Made by a program: the position numbers and the translations under genes
Shown: positions 28,802-37,296 of the stretch, in pieces
How positions within the stretch are numbered: the stretch's first letter is position 1
Layout of the letters: every line of letters begins with the position of its first letter
Assembly (NCBI GenBank): GCA_001788295.1
Contig: MGBO01000021.1
Span: forward strand, 13,906 to 66,410
DNA length: 52,505 bases
Direction of reading: 5' to 3'
DNA from: Candidatus Roizmanbacteria bacterium RIFOXYC1_FULL_41_16
GTDB lineage: Bacteria; Patescibacteriota; Microgenomatia; UBA1406
Notes under the pieces: generated by a model
What the model saw: only the letters and a program-made list of their open reading frames with translations
What the model was told of the DNA's origin: nothing
Databases searched by the model: none

Positions 28802-29994
28802 CTACCGTTTCCGTCTATGGTGTTGGAAAGGCCGGATTACCACTTTGCTGTGTTATTGCCGAAAGCGGACACAAGGTTATAGGCGTCGGCCGTAATTCTG
28901 AAAAAAGCATTCAACTCAATAAGGGGATTAATCCCATTCCGGAAGAGACCGGACTATCGGATTTACTTCGAAAACATGTCGGTAAACAGCTTAAATTTAC
29001 GATCGACGGTGTAGGCGCGAGCAAAAAAACCAAGGTTCACATTATTATTGTTCCGGTTTTTATCGATGCCACAAACAAACCTGACTTCACTAATATCAAA
29101 GAAGCAGCTAATAATATTGCCCGGGGATTGAAGAAAGGCGATCTAGTAGTTCTTGAAACTACCGTTCCAATCGGAACAACGGGAAAGCTTTTAAAAACAG
29201 AACTAGAGAAGATATCGAAATTAAGGGCCGGTCGCGATTTTTACTTGGCAATGTCACCGGAACGCATGATGACTGGCTATGCAATTTCAAGATATCAGGA
29301 ACTACCTAAAATTGTCGGGGGCATAAATATGCTTTCGACAAAGAAAGTGGCTCAGTTTTACCTTACTTTTTGCCGCCAAATTATTGAGGTTTCGTCACTA
29401 GAAACGGCTGAGTTCATTAAAATATCCGAAGGGGTATACCGTGACGTCAATATTGCTCTGGCAAACGAACTTTATAAAATCAGTCTCAGCTCCAGAATTG
29501 ACTACTGGGAAGTGCAAAAAGCCGCCAATAATCCTTTCTGCCATTTACACGAACCGGGTAGCGTCGGCGGGCACTGCATACCAGTCTACCCGTGGTTTCT
29601 GATCAATAACTTCGAAGTTCCGCTTATCAAACAGGCAAGACAACAAAATGATGACATGATTAAATTCTATATTAAACAGACTGAAAAAATTACTAAACCG
29701 CCGTCTCGTATTCTTGTTGTTGGTATCAGTTTTCGCGAAGGAGTTAAGGAAACAGCCTACACTCGCAGCTTGCCTCTCATAAAACTGCTTGAGAAACGCG
29801 GCTACAGAGTATTTGTCTATGATCCGTTATATTCAAAAGAGGAGTTGACATCGATGAAGCTCAAATATTCCCGAGAATTTAATAAAGCTAAGGCCATTAT
29901 TTTGTTAAATAAGTATCCAGACTTAAGAGCCCCTCTGACAAAGTACAGATCGCGAGTGGTCGACGTCAAAAATATCCTCAACCAAAAGCCATGA
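28798..29994 (+). CDS. Nucleotide-sugar 6-dehydrogenase (WbpA/WecC-like)
   Basis: YGVGKAGLP, ETTVPIGTT, SPER, RDVNIALANE, catalytic GGHCIP. Start moved to ATG 28798 (ATGA overlap with asnB). Confidence 0.9.
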   Translation: MTTVSVYGVGKAGLPLCCVIAESGHKVIGVGRNSEKSIQLNKGINPIPEETGLSDLLRKHVGKQLKFTIDGVGASKKTKVHIIIVPVFIDATNKPDFTNIKEAANNIARGLKKGDLVVLETTVPIGTTGKLLKTELEKISKLRAGRDFYLAMSPERMMTGYAISRYQELPKIVGGINMLSTKKVAQFYLTFCRQIIEVSSLETAEFIKISEGVYRDVNIALANELYKISLSSRIDYWEVQKAANNPFCHLHEPGSVGGHCIPVYPWFLINNFEVPLIKQARQQNDDMIKFYIKQTEKITKPPSRILVVGISFREGVKETAYTRSLPLIKLLEKRGYRVFVYDPLYSKEELTSMKLKYSREFNKAKAIILLNKYPDLRAPLTKYRSRVVDVKNILNQKP

Positions 29995-31052
29995 ACATTC
30001 TGACTATTGTTGGCGCCAGGCCTAACTTCATCAAGGCTTATCTTGTTAGTCAAGAATTAAAAAGAAGGGGACATCGGGAGATTATTGTTCACACCGGCCA
30101 ACATTATGATTACGAGATGAGTGCCGTCTTTTTTAACGAACTCAAGATTCCCGCACCCGAATATAACTTGGGATTGAGAGCAGAACAAATCAATCAAATG
30201 GTAGACAAGATTAAAGACATTATTAAAAAAACTAGGCCGGCACTGAGTCTTATTTACGGTGACACTAATTCCTCGCTTGCCGGAGCTGTGGCCAGTTATT
30301 TGAGCGGTATTTTAATCGCCCATATTGAGGCAGGAGAGCGTTCCTTTGATTTTGAAATGCCGGAAGAGCGAAACCGTATTCTAATCGACCATTATTCACA
30401 ATTTCTTTTTTGTGCGACAAGAACTGCCGTCAATCATCTAAAGAAGGAGGGTGTTAAAGGTCGAGTTTTTTTTGCGGGAAACGTCATGTACGATTCAGTC
30501 CTGTCTTGTCTTCCTAAGGTTAAATCGGCGACAATTCTTAATAAACTCAAACTTGAACCCAAAAAATACCATTTATTAACCCTGCACCGGCCTCAGAACG
30601 TCGACAGCAAAGATAATATCTTGGCATTATTGGAAATATTTACCAAACACAATCAGCAGGTTGTTTTTCCCCTGCACCCTCGGACAAAAAAAAGGCTTCA
30701 GTATTATGGACTGCTATCTAAATTCAAAAAAGCGATCAAAATTATTCCACCACAGCCCTACCTTAATCTTTTGGCTCTACTTTATAACTCAACCTTAGTA
30801 ATGACCGATTCGGGCGGGCTGCAAACCGAGGCATTCAGTCTGGGCATCCCCTGTATTACCTTTCTCAATCAAACAACCTGGGTAGAAACCGTCGCCTCTG
30901 GCAATAATCGTGTGGTTGGATTAGACAGAAAAAAGATCGAGTCTGCTTTAAACTATTTCAGCAAACACGGTTTCAATAAAGCTCCGGACATTTTTGGAAA
31001 CGGGCAGGCTTATCTAAATATTGTCAATCAAGTCGAAAATTACTTTTTATGA
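29991..31052 (+). CDS. wecB: UDP-N-acetylglucosamine 2-epimerase, non-hydrolysing (WecB/WbpI-like)
   Basis: VGARPNFIK, HTGQHYD, YGDTNS, HIEAG.RS, MPEE.NR, TLHRP.NVD, TDSGGLQ.EA. Confidence 0.93.
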   Translation: MNILTIVGARPNFIKAYLVSQELKRRGHREIIVHTGQHYDYEMSAVFFNELKIPAPEYNLGLRAEQINQMVDKIKDIIKKTRPALSLIYGDTNSSLAGAVASYLSGILIAHIEAGERSFDFEMPEERNRILIDHYSQFLFCATRTAVNHLKKEGVKGRVFFAGNVMYDSVLSCLPKVKSATILNKLKLEPKKYHLLTLHRPQNVDSKDNILALLEIFTKHNQQVVFPLHPRTKKRLQYYGLLSKFKKAIKIIPPQPYLNLLALLYNSTLVMTDSGGLQTEAFSLGIPCITFLNQTTWVETVASGNNRVVGLDRKKIESALNYFSKHGFNKAPDIFGNGQAYLNIVNQVENYFL

Positions 31053-32197
31053 AACAAGTCAGGCCAAAACTGCTGATAATTACGCCTTCTTTAAGTGGAG
31101 GTAGCTTTATAGCGCTCAAACACCTGGCTGAGGCAGCCAAGAATGACTTTAACAACACGATACTAGGGTTAGGGAGTAGTGATACAAAAAATGCCGCCTT
31201 TAATTTGATACGCATTCCGTATTTTCGTTACGACAAGATCTGGGGACACTTGGCCTCCAAATATACTCTTTTTGGTTTTGTTTCTATCTTGCCGCTTTAT
31301 TTGATTGCCCTTTTTTATATTATTAAGCTTCGGCCCCGAATTATTGTCTATAACGGTTTGGTCACATTCTTGCCTCTTGTTTTTATCGCCAAGCTGCTTG
31401 GAGTGAAAAAACACGTTCTGTCATTTAGAAGTCTTTGGGACAAAAAACGATTCCGGTTTCTGGAAGGATGGGTTAAACTAGTTCTTACAAACATCGACCT
31501 GGCATTTGTTAATTCGCGAGGAACCTCTGAAAATCTTGAGCGACTCATCCCAGAAGATAAAATCTTAATTGTTAATCATCACGCTAGGGCTGTGTTTTTT
31601 GAAAAAAGAAACCGGCAGCAGTTAAGAAACAAGTGGAAGATAAATAAGAAGTTCGTTGTCACGTTTGTTGGGCGCATAGACGAGGAAAAGCATTGCCCAT
31701 TTTTATTTAAGATCATCCGGCAATTTCAGTATGACAAAAAAATTTTTTTTCTGTTTGCAGGGGAGGGAAGACTTAAAAATGAGGTTTTAAGATTGACGGA
31801 AAAATATCCTGTCAGATATGTCGGCTATTTCAAGAATCCCGAAGGCCTGGCCGAAATTTACGCTTTGTCTGATCTGCTCTGGTCTTATGCCGATGAGAGT
31901 TATCTATCCCGTCCGGCAGTTGAAGCAATTGCCTCGGGTACTCCGGTAATTGTTCCCGAGGTTCCAGCAATCGGAGAGAAAATACAAAAAGGGGAACGCA
32001 TAAAAGACAACAGCATCCTTCCTCCTAAGATCGGCTGGTTTGTCCCCCTAGAAACCGAAGCTGTTATTAGACTATTAAAAAAAATTAACAAAGAGAGATT
32101 AGCTTTTGCTATGCGCCGGGATTGTCTTGAGTTTGGAAAGAAAAATTTTAAAGCCGATCCCAATATTAACTTGGTTAAAAAACTGAAGCAATTATGA
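31049..32197 (+). CDS. GT4 glycosyltransferase
   Basis: PSLSGG, FVGRIDEEK, FAGEG, E.......EAIASGTPV. Confidence 0.85.
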   Translation: MKQVRPKLLIITPSLSGGSFIALKHLAEAAKNDFNNTILGLGSSDTKNAAFNLIRIPYFRYDKIWGHLASKYTLFGFVSILPLYLIALFYIIKLRPRIIVYNGLVTFLPLVFIAKLLGVKKHVLSFRSLWDKKRFRFLEGWVKLVLTNIDLAFVNSRGTSENLERLIPEDKILIVNHHARAVFFEKRNRQQLRNKWKINKKFVVTFVGRIDEEKHCPFLFKIIRQFQYDKKIFFLFAGEGRLKNEVLRLTEKYPVRYVGYFKNPEGLAEIYALSDLLWSYADESYLSRPAVEAIASGTPVIVPEVPAIGEKIQKGERIKDNSILPPKIGWFVPLETEAVIRLLKKINKERLAFAMRRDCLEFGKKNFKADPNINLVKKLKQL

Positions 32198-34461
32198 AAC
32201 GCAATTTTTGGTTTGGTTTAATTTGCACTCTGCTTTTTTTAATTCCACTCCTGTGGTTCAGAGCCGATCTTTACTCTCTCGGCGAGGACGATACCGGTCT
32301 CAGCTATTTCAATACTAAGGGAACGCTTAATGAAGCTTTGTCCGCTTGGTACTCCTCAGACCATATTCCCCGTTTTGAACAATTTGCCGGCCATGCTCTC
32401 GTGTTTAATCTTTTTTTAACAGCCCTAAGAAAACTTACTCTGGAACAGATTAATATACAACAGTTGATCTGGGGGTTATTATTAAGCCTCTCTTTTTTCT
32501 ATATTGTTAAGGTCTTGGAACTTTTTGCCCGCCGGCGATCACCCGCATTTTACTTGGCCGGACTCTTTTATAGTCTGGCCCCATACTTCTTTATTGTCGA
32601 ATACTACTTTCTTATGCCCTCAACCTTTGGGATTGTTTTGGCTCCGGCAGTCTTTTATTACTATTTCCTTGCCCTAAAGAAAAACTCTAATCTACCCTTA
32701 TTTAAGGGAGCAATTTTGACCTTAGTGCTGTCTCGCGTTTTAACCACTCCGGCATTCATCAACTTTATGACTTTCTTTGGTTTGTTTATACTGGTGTGGG
32801 GTCGATTTAATCTCAATTGGAGGGATTTTAAGCGCAACTTACAACGGTTTTTTGTTTATGGGGTTTTAATCGTCTTTATAAACATCATTCTTCTTTTACC
32901 TACCCTTTTTTCGCTTTTTACTGACAATAATAGTGGCCTGCGACAGACTTATGGTGCTCGTAACGAAGCCGACTATATGCTCAACATGCTAAGCTATACT
33001 CATTCTGAGATTAAGGAGATCCGTTTTATTTACTACTTGACGAATATTTTTCCTGAAACAATCGCTAGACTACAAGGCTTTCGAAATTACGGATTTTACC
33101 CACAATACATAAACCATTTCTTTGCTCTTAGTTTAAGCTTGTCTTTCTTTATCTTATTAGGCATAAGAGACAAAATGAATAGGTCAAAAAGAGAGACTCT
33201 CCCGTTCCTGATTTTGTTTATCGTTTGTTTACTCTTTATCAGTGTGAATCTGATAGAGGCATTGAAACAGTTCTATAGTTTTTTAATGATTAAAACGCCG
33301 ATTTTTAATATGAACCGTATTCCCTCCATGAAGTTTCACCTCAGCTATTTATTTTATTTTTCGCTTCTCACCGGACTGGCCATTGAGGATTTGCTCCGCA
33401 ACCGCATGCGGCGATTTACCCTTGTATTTACTATTTATGGTTTTATCGCTGTTCTTCTACCAAGTTTTATATTTTTAAATGGACGCTTTTTCAGGGATGA
33501 GATTCCCAATAATTGGGTAAAAGCCATGAAGTTCGATCAGACATATCTTGATTTAACTAAATACGTCCGCAACGAGCTCAGGGACGATACCAGATTGTTG
33601 CTGTTTCCGCTCGGATATGGTTTTGGAGCATTTATTCCCGGAGATAACCCTAATCAAACATACCGAGCCATGACTACCGGTTTTAAAACCTTTACCAAAC
33701 TTAATCTTTTTGGTAATTTGAAAATTCTCAGATTGCAAACAGACAGCACTATCAATCAAATGGTTGAAGACTATTTCTATCGTCATGATCTGTCGGCTCT
33801 TTATTCCCTGACCAAGAAACTTAATATCAAATATATTCTCTATATTAAGAACATAAAGCATCTAAAACCTTTTGCTGAGATAATTCCGGTTTATACTTAC
33901 AAAAGTCCCTCTTATTTTGCCGCAGTCAATAAGAAACAGCCAGTCTACGAAAACACAAAATTTGCTTTATATAAAGTCAAAAATTACAACGACCTTTCCC
34001 AAATAAGCACCGGAGACAAAGACACTCGTCTTTCTTTCCAAAAAATTGCCGACTTTATGTATCTAATCAAAATACGAACTAAGAGTACTGAGAGTTTGCT
34101 TTTTCAGGAACTTTTTTCTCCAGGCTGGAAGCTTTATCCCATCTCAGAAGCAGAGTTTGATTGCAAACATCCTTTAAATCTAGCCAAAAACTATCCAGAA
34201 ATTTCTGAGTGCAAACATCTTAATGACAACTGGCTTGGTAATCTTAAACTGAGTCGATTCTTTTTCAAAAAAGGATTTGATCTACCGCACGGTGTTTTTG
34301 ACGGTTATGCCAATATTTGGAAAATAAACACACATGAACAAACGCGATATTATGCACTGATATTTGAGTGGCAGAAGATCTATGTTGCCTCTGCCTTGTT
34401 TTCCGGTTTAGTCTTGGTTTTATACTTGGTTAACATTTACAGAAATCAGAATGAAAAATAA
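32194..34461 (+). CDS. Polytopic membrane protein, probable GT-C fold (YfhO/AftD-like)
   Basis: TM1 followed by acidic GEDD, about 11 TMs, a large external domain, LLFQELFSPGWKL and DGYANIW motifs, and a final TM. Confidence 0.55.
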   Translation: MKRNFWFGLICTLLFLIPLLWFRADLYSLGEDDTGLSYFNTKGTLNEALSAWYSSDHIPRFEQFAGHALVFNLFLTALRKLTLEQINIQQLIWGLLLSLSFFYIVKVLELFARRRSPAFYLAGLFYSLAPYFFIVEYYFLMPSTFGIVLAPAVFYYYFLALKKNSNLPLFKGAILTLVLSRVLTTPAFINFMTFFGLFILVWGRFNLNWRDFKRNLQRFFVYGVLIVFINIILLLPTLFSLFTDNNSGLRQTYGARNEADYMLNMLSYTHSEIKEIRFIYYLTNIFPETIARLQGFRNYGFYPQYINHFFALSLSLSFFILLGIRDKMNRSKRETLPFLILFIVCLLFISVNLIEALKQFYSFLMIKTPIFNMNRIPSMKFHLSYLFYFSLLTGLAIEDLLRNRMRRFTLVFTIYGFIAVLLPSFIFLNGRFFRDEIPNNWVKAMKFDQTYLDLTKYVRNELRDDTRLLLFPLGYGFGAFIPGDNPNQTYRAMTTGFKTFTKLNLFGNLKILRLQTDSTINQMVEDYFYRHDLSALYSLTKKLNIKYILYIKNIKHLKPFAEIIPVYTYKSPSYFAAVNKKQPVYENTKFALYKVKNYNDLSQISTGDKDTRLSFQKIADFMYLIKIRTKSTESLLFQELFSPGWKLYPISEAEFDCKHPLNLAKNYPEISECKHLNDNWLGNLKLSRFFFKKGFDLPHGVFDGYANIWKINTHEQTRYYALIFEWQKIYVASALFSGLVLVLYLVNIYRNQNEK

Positions 34462-36475
34462 AAATAAGCAATTTTCCCTTATTGTAAGTGTCTATTTAAT
34501 TTTTATCTTAGTTTTCATAACAAATCTGGATTCTAAATTAAAACCAGTCGATCTTACTAACTATTTGCGCATTAACTACCGTTACCTTCTAACGCCTGCC
34601 AAACAGTCACTTTACACAACTGCCGGTATCCACGAGTATCCGTATGTACAAACTCCTGTTTGGTCTATTAAATATCCATTGATCCAAATTAACGAAAAGA
34701 TAGAAATATATAATGGGAAATACGATGAGTTATTTTTTGCCAGTAAACGTATTGCGGAAATCATTAAGTGGAGTAATCAACTTGAAGTTCTTGGTCGATA
34801 TCCAGATCTACACTCTTTGAAAAAATATTATCTCAGAAATCCTTTTGTTTTTAGTAACTGGGAAAATATTCTGGCACGGTATCACGCGCATCTTGAAAAC
34901 ACTCTCCGTGATTCCAGTCGCGGTCCTGAGCGAGAACAAAGGCTTTTATCTTTGCATTCTTACATAGAAAAAAATGAGAACGTGCTTTATCAGGTTGTCT
35001 TTAGCTCAGGCTTCTCGACTTCTAAAAAAAAATATTTGCGTAAGCTGATTCATTCATTAAACAATCATTTAAAAAACCAGATCCCTAGGTCGATTACGTA
35101 CCCAAACCCGAGATTGATTGATTATTCACTCGAGGAAATTATGATTAACCGTGATTACGGTTATTATGACATTAGCTTTAAGTCCTTAGACAAGATTGAG
35201 GTTGGGGAGAAGGATTTTCAACTATCCGTGGGTAGAAAAAACTATGATGTTAGTAAAATTCCCGATACTAATGAGTATATTATTGACAATGTCTACCTTG
35301 GTCCAAACAGTCAGAACCTGAAATTGTCTGTTAGACGGGACCTCAACGTGTCCAAAGATATTCCCTGGTCAACTGCTGATCCTAATATGTTTACTCTGTC
35401 ACTTAATCCTGAAAAACTAACAGACACAATCCTTGTAAAAATTCGTTACCGATCAGTCAAGCCTATTAACATTTCAATTAAGCAAGCCTACTGGGAAAAA
35501 AAGCAATTGTTTACGGATAAATTGAGTAATAGGTTTTCACGTTGGTTAGATCGCCTTCTCTCTTTATTTAGGGTCAGCCCAATCGACAACAACTTGAAAG
35601 AGGACAGTATTCCAGAAGAAATCATTTCCACCACCATATTAGATGATTTTTTGGATCCCAGTGGGGAAAGTAAAGAAATCACTCGTGCCATAAAGCCTAA
35701 AAATGACCGCGTAATTACCCAATTTCAGGTTCAGATGTACTCAAAGGATTCTTTGTTAGATTCGGATCTGGAAAAAGTCAAAATGAGTTTGTCACCGATT
35801 TTTCTTCCTAGTCTTACTCTCATCAAAACCAAGCCCATGGACGATATAGTCCCGAAAGTAACTTACAAACGAATTCGTCCTAACCATTATCAATTACATT
35901 TTTCTAGTCTGTCATTAGACCAGGAAAATTATATACTGAAAAATTTGGGGTATTTCTGGCAAACTGTTGACCAGAAAGAAACAAAAAGCGGCCTCATTGT
36001 CGAGGTGACCAATATTTTACCTAGATTGTCAGCCCGGGTACTCTTAGTCATTACAGTCCTTTTAATGTTAATTAGAAATATCTGGCCTCAGATATCTAAG
36101 CTGTGGCTTCAACATCGCCAGGAAACAAACAGAATGTTGATGAAAATTTACGTCTGGTTTTTTCACCATATAGAGAAATTCTCGAACAAACACCGCAAGC
36201 TTCTACTGATAACAACCATAATTATGGTAACAATTAATATTCTTGTTATTCCGATTCGGTCGACTGGTATTATTTGTCTTATTTTTCTGCTTATTTGGAC
36301 TACCCTAAAGGGATTTAAACAAAAGGGCCTTATCTTAATAAATACCAGCCTCATCTTAATGCTTCTTTGTCTCTTACTTTCGTCCTTACAGCTTTATTTA
36401 TTGGCAGAAAACGTGGCCGCCTGGATCTTCTTACTTTTACTTATGGGTGTTATTTTGATATCCTTGGAAAAATGA
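34451..36475 (+). CDS. Hypothetical membrane protein (N-terminal TM, ~500-aa external domain, C-terminal TMs)
   Basis: 674-aa ORF overlapping both neighbours; hydropathy pattern only, no recognised family. Confidence 0.75.
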   Translation: MKNKNKQFSLIVSVYLIFILVFITNLDSKLKPVDLTNYLRINYRYLLTPAKQSLYTTAGIHEYPYVQTPVWSIKYPLIQINEKIEIYNGKYDELFFASKRIAEIIKWSNQLEVLGRYPDLHSLKKYYLRNPFVFSNWENILARYHAHLENTLRDSSRGPEREQRLLSLHSYIEKNENVLYQVVFSSGFSTSKKKYLRKLIHSLNNHLKNQIPRSITYPNPRLIDYSLEEIMINRDYGYYDISFKSLDKIEVGEKDFQLSVGRKNYDVSKIPDTNEYIIDNVYLGPNSQNLKLSVRRDLNVSKDIPWSTADPNMFTLSLNPEKLTDTILVKIRYRSVKPINISIKQAYWEKKQLFTDKLSNRFSRWLDRLLSLFRVSPIDNNLKEDSIPEEIISTTILDDFLDPSGESKEITRAIKPKNDRVITQFQVQMYSKDSLLDSDLEKVKMSLSPIFLPSLTLIKTKPMDDIVPKVTYKRIRPNHYQLHFSSLSLDQENYILKNLGYFWQTVDQKETKSGLIVEVTNILPRLSARVLLVITVLLMLIRNIWPQISKLWLQHRQETNRMLMKIYVWFFHHIEKFSNKHRKLLLITTIIMVTINILVIPIRSTGIICLIFLLIWTTLKGFKQKGLILINTSLILMLLCLLLSSLQLYLLAENVAAWIFLLLLMGVILISLEK

Positions 36476-37296
36476 AAAAGCCGTTGGCCATCATTCTCAC
36501 TGTTTTGTTTTGGCTGATAATTAATTTCCTATTTGTTTTCAAAACCTCAAATCTGAGTTTTTCTGTTTTGTCACATCATTATCCAACGAAGATTTTTACC
36601 ACTCCCGCAAACCAACAACTTCTCAAGGGAAACACATTGGCATCCGAGATTAAAGTTTTAGATAATTATTTGGGAATTATCGCCATCCGCTTTGAAGCAT
36701 TTGACCAATCCGTTAAGGATAGAATTAAGTTCACGTTGACAGAGAAGGGTAGTAACTTACCTTATTTTAGTACTATCATCAATACCGATCAATTCGTCAG
36801 TAATGAACTTTTTCCCTTTGGGTTTCCCATTATTAACGATTCTCAACATAAAACTTATAAGATTGAAGTTAAATCCTTGTCGGGAAAGAAAAATATGGCG
36901 GTGGCCTTAAGCGCTCAGGAACCCGCGCTTATTGCTTATCATCAATTTCCGTCTCGTGAATTTAAATCTGATCCAGGAAAATTATTCTACTTCTTAACAT
37001 GTAAAACACTTTCCTCCTTTCGGGATGTTAAGACGTTTGGGGGTTCAATGCTGGCCACTCTTCCTTTTTTTCTCGTCTTGTTCTGGCATTTACTTATACG
37101 CATACTGCCCAGGAAGTTATCTTTCTATCAACCGATGTTTTTTCTGGCGGCGCTTTTTTATCTTTTCTATTGGGGATTAGGACAGTTATTTAGTTTCAAC
37201 TCGAGTTGGTTACTCATTTTGACAAAGGGATTTATTCTCTTAGGTGGCTTTCAACTAATTTATCTCTGTTTAAAAGCGCTGTTTTATGAAAAATAA
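36472..37296 (+). CDS. Hypothetical membrane protein with external beta-sandwich-like domain
   Basis: Start moved to ATG 36472 (ATGA overlap; MKKPLAIILTVLFWLII); one N-terminal and about three C-terminal TMs. Confidence 0.7.
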   Translation: MKKPLAIILTVLFWLIINFLFVFKTSNLSFSVLSHHYPTKIFTTPANQQLLKGNTLASEIKVLDNYLGIIAIRFEAFDQSVKDRIKFTLTEKGSNLPYFSTIINTDQFVSNELFPFGFPIINDSQHKTYKIEVKSLSGKKNMAVALSAQEPALIAYHQFPSREFKSDPGKLFYFLTCKTLSSFRDVKTFGGSMLATLPFFLVLFWHLLIRILPRKLSFYQPMFFLAALFYLFYWGLGQLFSFNSSWLLILTKGFILLGGFQLIYLCLKALFYEK

